A stretch of 64,000 nt of DNA from Pseudomonadota bacterium (GCA_009926935.1 RFNZ01000003.1:98551-162550); one strand, 5' to 3'. Positions 53,845-62,645 are shown, counted from the stretch's first letter. The notes: generated from the letters alone by a model not told the origin. A program made the numbers and translations.

Positions 53845-54234
53845 ATGCCAGTCGATAAGAACATGCAGGTGCTGGTGGTTGATGACTACTCGACCATGCG
53901 CCGCATTATCCGCAACCTCCTTAACCAACTCGGTTTCCCGAACGTTGATGAAGCGACGGATGGCCAGCAGGCGTTGTCCATGACGGGAACCAAGAAATAC
54001 GGCCTCATCATTTCTGACTGGAACATGGAGCCCATGTCCGGCCTTGAGCTTTTGAAAGGTATTCGCGGCGGCTCCAACGACAACAAGACCGTGCCGTTTA
54101 TCATGGTGACGGCCGAGAGCAAGACCGAGAACGTTATTCTTGCAAAGCAGGCCGGGGTCAATAATTACATTGTGAAGCCGTTTAACGCGGAAACGCTCAA
54201 AACCAAGATTTCTGCCGTTATCGGCGATTTCTGA
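53845..54234 (+). CDS. cheY: Chemotaxis response regulator CheY
   Basis: 129 aa. Motifs VLVVDDYSTMRRI, phospho-Asp context IISDWNMEPMSG, and NNYIVKPF. Confidence 0.92.
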   Translation: MPVDKNMQVLVVDDYSTMRRIIRNLLNQLGFPNVDEATDGQQALSMTGTKKYGLIISDWNMEPMSGLELLKGIRGGSNDNKTVPFIMVTAESKTENVILAKQAGVNNYIVKPFNAETLKTKISAVIGDF

Positions 54235-54244
54235 GGAGATATCC

Positions 54245-54865
54245 ATGTCCAAGGACGTAGCCGCTAAGGCGGGTGAAGCACAACAATATGACCGGTCAAA
54301 GGTTGTCCAGATCGTCCATTCGGTCATTGCCAAAATGGAAGGTCTTTCGGGTGAGGCGCTCAATAATCTTTCGAGCGAGCTTCAGGATCTCGTGCGGGCT
54401 ATCGAGAATACGCGCGCCGAGCTTGCCGCTGCCAGAACACAGGATTTGGGCCTAAAGCACGTACCGACAGCAACGGATGAGCTTGATGCCGTTGTCGATG
54501 CTACCAAGAGCGCGACGGATTCCATTATGTCCGCCTGCGAGGCCATGGAGAAAATGGTTGCAGGACGCGGTGACGACATTGAACAAAAGGTCATAGGCGA
54601 AGTTACGAAGATATATGAAGCCTGCACTTTTCAGGATATTACCGGCCAGCGCATCCGCAAGGTTGTAAACGTTCTGCGGCAGGTGGAAGGTAAAGTAAAT
54701 CACCTGCTGGAAACGCTTGGTCATGGCGATGGCGGCGAGCATCCGCTTGCTGTCGCGTCTGAAAAAGATACTCGCAGTGAAGAGCAGAAGCTGATGAACG
54801 GCCCGCAATTGCCTGGTAATGCGATTTCACAGGATGAAATCGACAAGCTGCTTGCAGGGTTTTGA
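54245..54865 (+). CDS. cheZ: CheY-P phosphatase CheZ
   Basis: The catalytic-region motif ACTFQDITGQRIRKVVNVLRQVE parallels E. coli AQDFQDLTGQVIKR. The C-terminal QDEIDKLL is a CheY-binding-like tail. Confidence 0.75.
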   Translation: MSKDVAAKAGEAQQYDRSKVVQIVHSVIAKMEGLSGEALNNLSSELQDLVRAIENTRAELAAARTQDLGLKHVPTATDELDAVVDATKSATDSIMSACEAMEKMVAGRGDDIEQKVIGEVTKIYEACTFQDITGQRIRKVVNVLRQVEGKVNHLLETLGHGDGGEHPLAVASEKDTRSEEQKLMNGPQLPGNAISQDEIDKLLAGF

Positions 54866-54894
54866 GCAGTCGCATTTCGTGGTAATATAACCAC

Positions 54895-55482
54895 ATGCGT
54901 GAGAAGCGGGAACTCGGTACAAAAGTTGACCTTGAAAGAATGGCGCTGACCATCAGCGTCTCTCTGTTTATGGCCATTCTTGCTTTCTTTATTGTGCTTA
55001 ACGCCTTTTCATCCGATTCAACCGTCAAAATGCAGTCCTTGCGGAACTCGATTTCGAGCGCTTTTGGCTTTGTCGGCTCCGGCCAATCATCCTTGCCGAC
55101 AGATGAAATCGGAACCGAGCAGATTGGCCAGATTGAAGAGGATACCGCCGCGGGCCTCAGGAGCGTTTTGCCTGATCTCGGTTTTGCCTCCCGCCAGATC
55201 GCAGGCGGCACTATCATGACGGTCAAAATCAAACGCGAAGACCTTGAAGAACGTTGGCCTGCTTTGCGCACGCGCCTTGGTGACCTCATGGTCAACCGTA
55301 CGCGGGGCAAAAGTTACGAGATACAGATTCTGGCGCTTGACGGGCCAAAAAACGCATCCGGTCTTGCCAGCTATGCGACTGACCTCAATGACGAAGGCGT
55401 GGATGCCGACAAAATATCTGTAGGCTATGAGTACCGCGATGATCCAGCCATTGAACTGCGCTTTATCTTGAAGGGGCGGTAG
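54895..55482 (+). CDS. MotB-like membrane protein lacking the conserved TM aspartate
   Basis: The TM segment SLFMAILAFFIVL aligns with the MotB motif D-x7-FF but has Ser at the Asp position. There is no canonical OmpA-type PG-binding motif. The stop lies 1 nt before the next gene. Confidence 0.5.
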   Translation: MREKRELGTKVDLERMALTISVSLFMAILAFFIVLNAFSSDSTVKMQSLRNSISSAFGFVGSGQSSLPTDEIGTEQIGQIEEDTAAGLRSVLPDLGFASRQIAGGTIMTVKIKREDLEERWPALRTRLGDLMVNRTRGKSYEIQILALDGPKNASGLASYATDLNDEGVDADKISVGYEYRDDPAIELRFILKGR

Positions 55483-55483
55483 C

Positions 55484-56254
55484 ATGGCGGAAAGTCAGGT
55501 CAGCGCGGAAGAGGTTATTCTGGAAGCCAAGCTGGCTCTCGGTGATTTTAATCCGCCCGTGGCTGAAGGTGAGCAGGGTGTTGTTGCCTACCAGCCTTCC
55601 CCGCCTGCACGCGAGCGGGCTGGTGAGGATGAAGACGCCAAAATGGCTGCCAGTAGGCTCTGGCTTGTTTCGTTTACCGATCTTTTTTCGCTCATGCTGT
55701 GTTTTTTTGTGATGCTTTATTCCATGAAAGACCCGGACCTGACCAAAATCGGCGAGATGACGGGAAAAGCGGTGCGCGGCTCGAATGAGGCAGACAGCAA
55801 AGGATTTGCGGGCGGCGAGAACGTTGAGGTTAATATCAGCCGGGTAGAGTATGGCGAGGCGCTTAACCTTGATTACCTGCAAGGGGTGCTTAAAAACGCG
55901 ATCTCGCAGGCCAAACTTGAAAACGAAGTCAAAATTTTGCAAGCCAAAGACCATCTGCGCCTAGTCGTGGATGATGATGCCGTTTTTGCCGATGCCAGTA
56001 CTTTGAGCGCGGGCGGTGAGATGGTGGCCAAAGGGCTTGCCGAACGGCTTTCCCGCCTGTCTAACCGTATTTCTGTTGTTTATGTACCCTCAAGCTCTGG
56101 CGAATGGCAAAGCGGGATGACGCAGGCAGCCGCTTTTGGCGAGGCGATGCGTGATGGTGGTTATAGAAAACAGTTCACCGTGCTCGCCGATGGGTCGGGC
56201 GAGGGGCCGGGAATTGAAGTTCGGGTAGAGGCTGATGACGGGCGACTCCGTTGA
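55484..56254 (+). CDS. motB: MotB-like stator protein (conserved TM Asp, degenerate OmpA-like C-domain)
   Basis: WLVSFTDLFSLMLCFFVMLYS has the same D-x7-FF spacing as E. coli YADFMTAMMAFF. The C-terminal region LRLVVDDDAVFADASTLSAGG is OmpA-like but lacks obvious GHTD / NxxLSxxRA motifs. Confidence 0.65.
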   Translation: MAESQVSAEEVILEAKLALGDFNPPVAEGEQGVVAYQPSPPARERAGEDEDAKMAASRLWLVSFTDLFSLMLCFFVMLYSMKDPDLTKIGEMTGKAVRGSNEADSKGFAGGENVEVNISRVEYGEALNLDYLQGVLKNAISQAKLENEVKILQAKDHLRLVVDDDAVFADASTLSAGGEMVAKGLAERLSRLSNRISVVYVPSSSGEWQSGMTQAAAFGEAMRDGGYRKQFTVLADGSGEGPGIEVRVEADDGRLR

Positions 56255-56295
56255 CGCTTTAGGCCCCCCGTGTCACCCTGTAAGCAGGGTGTTTT

Positions 56296-59200
56296 ATGCG
56301 CAGATTTTCTAAATTTATTCCACTTGTGCTGTTGGTAAGTGCGGTTTTTCCGGCATTCGCTGCGGATGGGCCTTTGGGTTTGTCCGTACGGGCTGCAGCG
56401 CAGGACGGATTTGTGCGTTTTGTTTTTGCCGGCGACACCGTACCGGAAGTGACGGTTGCTGATGTTGAAACAGGCCGCCTTAAAATCATATTCGCCAAGG
56501 CCGTTGCCGTTGAAGGGCTTGAAGGTGCTGGGCAGGGGCTAGTGCCTGCATCTAAGCTGACCCGTGAGTCTGACACAGCTCTTTTGTTGCAGCTTGAGGG
56601 CGCGGGCATTGTACGCCACCGGACTTTGACGCTCGGCAACCGCCTGTTTGTCGATGTTTATCCGGATAACGCTGCGCCTGTAACGCAGCAAATACAGCAG
56701 GCAGAGCCCGTTCAGGATCATGCAGCCAAGCCAAAAAGCACGGGTGTGGAGCCGGGGATTGACCCCAAACTTGCGCCGTCCGTTGTTATTGAAGATGTTG
56801 TGCCTGAGCCAAAAGCAGAAAAAAAGGAAATTCAGGCAGAGGCCTCGAAAAAGCCGGCAACGCTTCCTGAAACACCTATGGAGGCACCGCCAGTACTGGC
56901 GGGCGCTGTACCGGCCCCGATACCTGCCGAAGCTGCCAAGCCTGCGGCTGCGTCGGTTAAGCGGGCTTTTTTGGGGAACGCGGTTGTCACGATTGGATCG
57001 ACACAGGGGCTTGCGCTTGCTGCGTTTGAGCGCCAGGGGTATTTGTGGATTGTCCTGTCGCAAGAAAACATGAATGTACCGCCACAGGTTTCGGGCCCTG
57101 ATGCCGCTGCGCTTGGGCCCGTGGATGCAGTACCGATTGAAGGCGGCAGCGCTTATCGCCTCAAATTGCCCGAAGGGGCTTATGTGCGCCCGGAAGGGGC
57201 GGGGCTTGTGTGGCGCCTGCATATTGAAGGCCGGAAAACGGTTTTGAAAACGTCTACCGTGGATCGTGATTTTTCCGATACGGCTGAGGGGCCTAAGGTC
57301 CATATATCGATGACGACCGCAGATAGCGTGCTGCGTTTGCCGGACCCTGAGATTGGCGATGATCTTGCCGTTGTCACGGTTGGACGTGCGGATGCGCGCC
57401 TTCATGTTTCGGAGAAGTATGTCGATTTTGATGTCATTCCCGCCTATGTGGGTGTTGTGATCAGGCCAAAGGCGGATGGTATGCGCGTAGCTGTTCTGCC
57501 TACCGAGGTTACGATTGGCAGGGCAGGGGGGTTACGTGTTTCGGCAGCGGGGCCGCGTGGCGGTGCTTCAGGCGTTGCGACTGAGATGGCGGATCAATCC
57601 GCACCTAAAAAAGATGATTCAAAAAACAAGGTTGTCGGGCGGATTATGCATCTCTCTGACTGGGCGCTGGGCGGACCGAAGCAGTACCTCGAAAGCCGCA
57701 GGATGCTTGATAACCGCGTGGCCACGGCCGAGGAATCGCAAAAGATCACCGAGTTTATTGCGGCTGCCAAGTTTATGCTCGGGCAGGGGCTGCCGCATGA
57801 GGGGATTGGTTATACCAACATGGCGCTCTCGCTGATGCCTTTGCTGCGTGATGCCTCTGACTTTCAGTCCCTAAGAGGTGCCCTTTTTGCGTTATCCGGC
57901 CAGACGGATGATGCTTTGGCTGCGCTTTCGGCACCGGGGCTTGAAGACAAAGATGAAATCAAACTCTGGAAAGCGTTTGTACTGGCGCAGCAGGGGCTGG
58001 TTACCGATGCACAAAAACTGATGCCGCCTGCTGCCATGTCAAAAGCGCTGGTGGGCGGGTATCCATACCGCGTGCAGGCCATGATGTTGCCGACCATTAT
58101 CGAGGCCGTGCTGGCGCGTGGTGATGTAACCTTGGCCACCAGTTTTATCGATATGTACGAAAAAGCCGCAGACCCTGTCAGTAACCCTGACAGCCCTAAT
58201 GCCGTTGCGTTTTTCCGTGGGCGTGCTGCGTTATTGCGCGGCGATAACGAGGCCGCGACTACGGCTTTCCGCGAGGCATCTGACGGGTATATCGGCCCTT
58301 ATCCGGTTAAGGCCACGCTTGCGCTTGTCGAGCGTGGGCTCTCGGCCAAAACGATCGCGCGCGAGGATGCCGTGGCTAAGCTTGAGCGCTTTCGCTATGC
58401 GTGGCGTGGGGACACACTTGAAACAGATATGTTGCAGCGCCTCGGCCTCATTTATGTGACAGGCGGCGAACAGCGTCGCGGCCTTACCATTTTGCGGGAT
58501 GCAGCCACGATGGCACCTGATGATGCCACACGGGAAAAGCTGGTCGCTGTCATGCAAAAGGCGTTTAAAGAGCTGTTTTCAGGCAAAACGCGTGAAAAAA
58601 TGACGCCGCTTGAGGCCGCCGCCGTTGCTACCGAGTTTGCAGAACTTATGCCTTCGGCCGGTGAGGGCGAGGAAATTACCCTCAACATTGCCGAGCGTAT
58701 GATGGCGATTGACCTGCTTGACCGGGCGGCTGACCTTGTGGAGCCGATGGTTGAGCGCACCGAAAGCGCGCAAAGCGCCATGAAATATGCGCAGAGGGCA
58801 GCCGCGATCCGCATCACGGATGACAGGCCGGAGGATGCGCTCAAGATTATAGACAAAGCGCTGTCCCGCGAGGACGTGCAGGCTATGGCAACCCTTGACC
58901 CTAAGGATACCAAGGCTTTTGCTCTGCTGCGTGCCAAGGCCAAAGATCAGCAAAAGCGCACGGATGAGGCTTTTGTCGAGATGGCCTCGATCCCCGAGGA
59001 TAACGAGGTATTGCGCCTGAAAGCGGATATTGCCTGGGGTGCCCAGAAATGGATGCTGGCCGCCGATGCCATGGGCAAGCTTGTAAAAGGCATGAATATC
59101 AATGCCACGCGCCCTCCTACGCGGGAGCAGGCTCAGCTTATTTTGAACCTGGCGCTAGCGCTCAATCTTTCTGGCGAGGCTGACGCCATTGATACTTTGC

Positions 59201-59493
59201 GCCTTACGCACGGCGATATCATGCGTAGGACTGACCTTTATCAGCCCTTCCAGCTTGTTACGCGCACGGCCAGAGAAGCCAAGCTGGCTGACCGGACTAC
59301 TTTGCTCAAACTGGTCTCCGAGGTGAACATGTTTAGGGATGTCCTTGACACGTATAAGGACGAGAAAAATACCTCTAAACCACAGAAAACAGCCGAAAAG
59401 CCTGTATCGGATGGTCAAACTGACCAGAGTAGTCAGCAGAAGGCTCTTGAGCCTGGGCAGGTAGAACCTGCAAAAGAAGAAAAGAAAGGCTAA
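56296..59493 (+). CDS. Large secreted protein: signal peptide + AMIN-like beta domain + P/A/E/K linker + beta-rich region + long TPR-like helical region
   Basis: 1065 aa. Signal peptide MRRFSKFIPLVLLVSAVFPAFA|ADG. The N-terminal GFVRFVFAGD...GRLKIIFAK...GNRLFVDVYP resembles AMIN domains. The C-terminal ~550 aa is helical-repeat-like. Lies downstream of the MotB-like genes. Confidence 0.5.
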   Translation: MRRFSKFIPLVLLVSAVFPAFAADGPLGLSVRAAAQDGFVRFVFAGDTVPEVTVADVETGRLKIIFAKAVAVEGLEGAGQGLVPASKLTRESDTALLLQLEGAGIVRHRTLTLGNRLFVDVYPDNAAPVTQQIQQAEPVQDHAAKPKSTGVEPGIDPKLAPSVVIEDVVPEPKAEKKEIQAEASKKPATLPETPMEAPPVLAGAVPAPIPAEAAKPAAASVKRAFLGNAVVTIGSTQGLALAAFERQGYLWIVLSQENMNVPPQVSGPDAAALGPVDAVPIEGGSAYRLKLPEGAYVRPEGAGLVWRLHIEGRKTVLKTSTVDRDFSDTAEGPKVHISMTTADSVLRLPDPEIGDDLAVVTVGRADARLHVSEKYVDFDVIPAYVGVVIRPKADGMRVAVLPTEVTIGRAGGLRVSAAGPRGGASGVATEMADQSAPKKDDSKNKVVGRIMHLSDWALGGPKQYLESRRMLDNRVATAEESQKITEFIAAAKFMLGQGLPHEGIGYTNMALSLMPLLRDASDFQSLRGALFALSGQTDDALAALSAPGLEDKDEIKLWKAFVLAQQGLVTDAQKLMPPAAMSKALVGGYPYRVQAMMLPTIIEAVLARGDVTLATSFIDMYEKAADPVSNPDSPNAVAFFRGRAALLRGDNEAATTAFREASDGYIGPYPVKATLALVERGLSAKTIAREDAVAKLERFRYAWRGDTLETDMLQRLGLIYVTGGEQRRGLTILRDAATMAPDDATREKLVAVMQKAFKELFSGKTREKMTPLEAAAVATEFAELMPSAGEGEEITLNIAERMMAIDLLDRAADLVEPMVERTESAQSAMKYAQRAAAIRITDDRPEDALKIIDKALSREDVQAMATLDPKDTKAFALLRAKAKDQQKRTDEAFVEMASIPEDNEVLRLKADIAWGAQKWMLAADAMGKLVKGMNINATRPPTREQAQLILNLALALNLSGEADAIDTLRLTHGDIMRRTDLYQPFQLVTRTAREAKLADRTTLLKLVSEVNMFRDVLDTYKDEKNTSKPQKTAEKPVSDGQTDQSSQQKALEPGQVEPAKEEKKG

Positions 59494-59495
59494 AT

Positions 59496-60116
59496 CTATC
59501 CAAGGACCGCGTATCGGGAGAGGAAGGTTTTTATCGCTTCTTCCACCACGGCGTCACGGAACCCGGGAGCATCAGAGCCACCCAGCCCCAGTAATTTGGG
59601 CCATAGTAGCGCATCGGTTATCAGCCCCAGATACTGGCGGATAGCGACAGATCTGTCAGGGATACGCAGGATACCGCCTGTAATAGCTTGATCCAGAAGC
59701 GCGCTCAGGCGGTCCATGAAAGGTTTGCGCCAGGCGTCGCTCACGATGGGGCCGATATGCGGATGGCGCACGGATTCGAGAATGCCGAGGCGGATCAGCC
59801 CCAGCATCATGGGATTATCGAGGCGGCGGGCGTATTGAAGGCCAATGGTTTTAAGCTGTGCCGGCGTGAAGGTTGATGTTTTTGGGAGGTTTGCGTCATC
59901 CTCAAGGGCTGCAAGCGCATCGATGGCGGCTGCAAGAATATCGTCCTTTTTGGGGAAGTGTTTGAAGAGGGTTGCCGTTGAAACGCCGGAGGTGGTGGCT
60001 ATACTGATAAGGCTTGCATTGTCGAAGCCGTGCTCGACAAAGGCGCGCAGCGCGCCCGCTAGAATTTTTTCCCGCGAGGCTTTGGCCCGGGCGGCCTGAA
60101 AGGCTGGATTGCTCAT
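59496..60116 (-). CDS. TetR/AcrR-family transcriptional regulator
   Basis: N-terminal HTH ILAGALRAFVEHGFDNASLISIATTSGVSTATLFKHFPKKDDIL. 206 aa. Confidence 0.85.
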   Translation of the reverse strand: MSNPAFQAARAKASREKILAGALRAFVEHGFDNASLISIATTSGVSTATLFKHFPKKDDILAAAIDALAALEDDANLPKTSTFTPAQLKTIGLQYARRLDNPMMLGLIRLGILESVRHPHIGPIVSDAWRKPFMDRLSALLDQAITGGILRIPDRSVAIRQYLGLITDALLWPKLLGLGGSDAPGFRDAVVEEAIKTFLSRYAVLG

Positions 60117-60216
60117 GGGCTTGAATTGTAATGATTTTATAAAATAAGTCTATAAACTTGTTTTATTATATGTAAAACATAGACAAGATGCTTCTAGTTT
60201 TGTATAAAGCCTTCCG

Positions 60217-61026
60217 ATGAATTTGCAAACCACACTTGCACCTGCTTCTGTTCTTGCGCTCCCTTCCTTCGAGGTCGCGGCCGCACGTTTTGGCCCACGT
60301 ACGGAACGGATAATTTTTGATGGCAGGCCTGCTTGGCTCAAACGTGCCGAACGCACTTCCTTTCCTCTGGCGCCGCTGGTGCAAAAGGCATTTGGGAGCG
60401 TTGTCGGCATGCCGCCGCTATTGCAATGCACATACGTGCTGGACCGCAAGGAGGCGCTCGCGTTTGAACGATCCCGCTTAAGCATGATGGCCGCTCAGGG
60501 ATATCCAGTACCGCATGTGTTGGCACACAGGTCGGATTATCTGGTTACATCAGAGGTAGGGCGATCTATTTGGGATACCGTAAAGCAGATGGATTCTGTC
60601 TCGCGGGTTGCACTCCTTGAACAAGGGGCAGCTGCCTTGGCTGCTCTTCATGTCGGTGGTGGGCACCATGGCCAGCCTTACCCCAAAAACATGACGTGGG
60701 ACGGGCGCCGCGTTCATTTCATAGACCTTGAGGATGACGTGCTGTCTGTCATGTCGGAAAAAGATGCACAGATGCGCGACATCTGGATGATGGTCCATGG
60801 CTGCTGGCCTTTTTCAAAGGATGCGACCGAGCTTTCAACAAGACTGGTCCGCAAATATGCCGATGTCGCAGGCCGGGCCATTGTGGCCAATATCAAAGAG
60901 CGTCTGCCACAACTCGCGGGGACCAGAAGTGCGGCCTTGCACGCGGCTATAAGCCCGAATGTCTCGGATAACCGTGCTCGCTATCTCTGGACGCTTGAAG
61001 GCGTTGCAAAAGGGCTAGTTCTCTGA
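60217..61026 (+). CDS. Protein-kinase-like fold protein (Kdo/LPS-kinase/RIO-like), catalytic loop degenerate
   Basis: ALAALHVGGGHHGQPYPKNMTW...VHFIDLEDD resembles the HGDxxxxN ... IDxE kinase core, but with Gln in place of the catalytic Asp. Confidence 0.4.
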   Translation: MNLQTTLAPASVLALPSFEVAAARFGPRTERIIFDGRPAWLKRAERTSFPLAPLVQKAFGSVVGMPPLLQCTYVLDRKEALAFERSRLSMMAAQGYPVPHVLAHRSDYLVTSEVGRSIWDTVKQMDSVSRVALLEQGAAALAALHVGGGHHGQPYPKNMTWDGRRVHFIDLEDDVLSVMSEKDAQMRDIWMMVHGCWPFSKDATELSTRLVRKYADVAGRAIVANIKERLPQLAGTRSAALHAAISPNVSDNRARYLWTLEGVAKGLVL

Positions 61027-61449
61027 TTTTTTTTCTGCATCAAAAATAGCATCAACCTTGCGGTTGTTTACCAGACTGCTCTTTGTTTTGACGACAGTCT
61101 TATTGGCGCGTTTCAGACGTTCCGAGAGGATTTTGATCATAGCCCTGATACTGGGGTCTGATTTTTGAAGGTTTTTGGACATCTGATCGCGGTCCATGAC
61201 CACGAGGTTGCAGTCAGTCAAAGCGCGGACGGAAGCCGATCGGCAGGAATCATACAAAACCGCCTGCTCACCCACGACCTCGCCCGGGCCCAATACGGCC
61301 AGAGTTATCTCGTCTTTATCCTGCTGGAGAAAGACCTCAACAGTACCGCTTTGAATGATATAGCCGTTTTTGCCGAAATCGCCCTGTTTTATGAATACCT
61401 CGCCCTGGCGGAAGGTCAGGCGTTGTAAAACCTCGTGCTGCTTTGACAT
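61015..61449 (-). CDS. Stand-alone cyclic-nucleotide-binding (cNMP/CAP effector) domain protein
   Basis: FRQGEVFIKQGDFGKNGYIIQSGTVEV...LGPGEVVGEQAVL...RSASVRAL matches the cNMP-binding beta-barrel pattern. There is no DNA-binding domain. 144 aa. Confidence 0.75.
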   Translation of the reverse strand: MSKQHEVLQRLTFRQGEVFIKQGDFGKNGYIIQSGTVEVFLQQDKDEITLAVLGPGEVVGEQAVLYDSCRSASVRALTDCNLVVMDRDQMSKNLQKSDPSIRAMIKILSERLKRANKTVVKTKSSLVNNRKVDAIFDAEKKSEN

Positions 61450-61557
61450 GGTGCCCCCAACATGCGTATGCGCATCATTTCAGCATACACTAACGACGTA
61501 AATTTTATCTAAAAAAAGGATGATGTACAGAGGCAAGATCGCCTACTGATTGTATGG

Positions 61558-62340
61558 CTACTGTGTAACCAACGGCACCGCTGCGGGCAGAACATCAAAG
61601 CTTTTGACGAGGCTTCCCACAACCAGATGCCAGCCATCGACCATCACGAAAAAGATGACCTTGAAGGGCAGCGAAATCATGATGGGCGGGAGCATCATCA
61701 TACCCATCGACATCAGGATGGATGCCGTCACCATGTCGATAATCAGGAACGGCAAAAACAGCATGAAGCCTATTTCAAAGGCCCGGCGCAGCTCGGAAAT
61801 CATGAAGGCAGGGATCACGACCTGTATTGGCGTCTCCATCGCTGTTTTGGGCGGCTCGGTCTTGCTGAGTTCAAGGAAAAGCTGGATATCGAGGTCGCGG
61901 GTTTGCTTCAGCATAAAGGCCTTAAAGGGCTCAAGGGCTCTTTCAAAAGCCACGGACTCCTCGATTTCCTGATTGATCAGGGGCTTAATACCTTCGTCAT
62001 AGGCCACTTGCAGCGTGGGCTGCATGATGAAGAAGGTCAGAAACATGGCTAGTGATACGAGAACGGTGTTTGGCGGGGTTTGCTGAACCCCCAAAGCCGT
62101 CCGTAGGAAGGAGAGCACAACGACGATCCTGATGAAGGACGTCATCATGATGATGATGCCGGGGGCTATGGAGAGGATGGTGAGCAGGGCCAGCATCTGG
62201 ACCACACGGCCTGCCAAGGTGCCATCGTCGTTGCCGAGGTTGATCGAGAGTTCCTGCGCCATTGCTATCGGGGCCAGCATGACAAGCCCTACCCCCAGCA
62301 GGGATGCAAAAGCGATCAGAAATTTGCGGCTTTTTGTCAT
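61558..62340 (-). CDS. fliP: Flagellar export apparatus protein FliP
   Basis: Signal peptide plus LTILSIAPGIIIMMTSFIRIVVVLSFLR.ALG.QQ.PPN and FLPFLIIDMVTASILMSMGMMMLPP. Confidence 0.95.
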   Translation of the reverse strand: MTKSRKFLIAFASLLGVGLVMLAPIAMAQELSINLGNDDGTLAGRVVQMLALLTILSIAPGIIIMMTSFIRIVVVLSFLRTALGVQQTPPNTVLVSLAMFLTFFIMQPTLQVAYDEGIKPLINQEIEESVAFERALEPFKAFMLKQTRDLDIQLFLELSKTEPPKTAMETPIQVVIPAFMISELRRAFEIGFMLFLPFLIIDMVTASILMSMGMMMLPPIMISLPFKVIFFVMVDGWHLVVGSLVKSFDVLPAAVPLVTQ

Positions 62341-62645
62341 GACTCGGCCTTTGCGGTGATGTTGGCATCGATGACGGTCTGGCAGTCTGGGCCCAAGAGG
62401 ATCAGGTGCTCGCGCTCATCACATTTGACGAGCAGCAGCTTATGTCTGTGGTCTAGGGGCCGTGTTTCAAGCACGTTCAGGCGGCGCTTGACGCCGGGCA
62501 GCGCGCCGCCGCCCATGCCGTAACGGCGCAAGCCAAAGGCCAGCAGGCCCATTAGGGCCAAAACTGCCAGCAGAGCCAGAATAAAACGGAGGTAGTCATG
62601 CGCGCCCATTGCGGACGAGGTTAAGGGTTTTGGCGCATGTCGCAA
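62337..62645 (-). CDS. fliO: Flagellar biosynthesis protein FliO
   Basis: Single TM (YLRFILALLAVLALMGLLAFGL), then LNVLETRPLDHRHKLLLVKCDEREHLILLG. Overlaps the fliP start by 4 nt. Confidence 0.65.
   Translation of the reverse strand: MRHAPKPLTSSAMGAHDYLRFILALLAVLALMGLLAFGLRRYGMGGGALPGVKRRLNVLETRPLDHRHKLLLVKCDEREHLILLGPDCQTVIDANITAKAES

Noticed and set aside
53824-55954. Minus-strand ORFs of 179 aa (53824..54363), 223 aa (54639..55310), 132 aa (55087..55485) and 163 aa (55463..55954).
   Set aside because: All are antisense to cheY, cheZ and the MotB-like genes, which have strong motifs. They are shadow ORFs.
56539-57405. 288-aa minus-strand ORF.
   Set aside because: It is antisense to the 1065-aa secreted-protein gene and has an Arg/Cys-rich nonsense-like composition. 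It is a shadow ORF.
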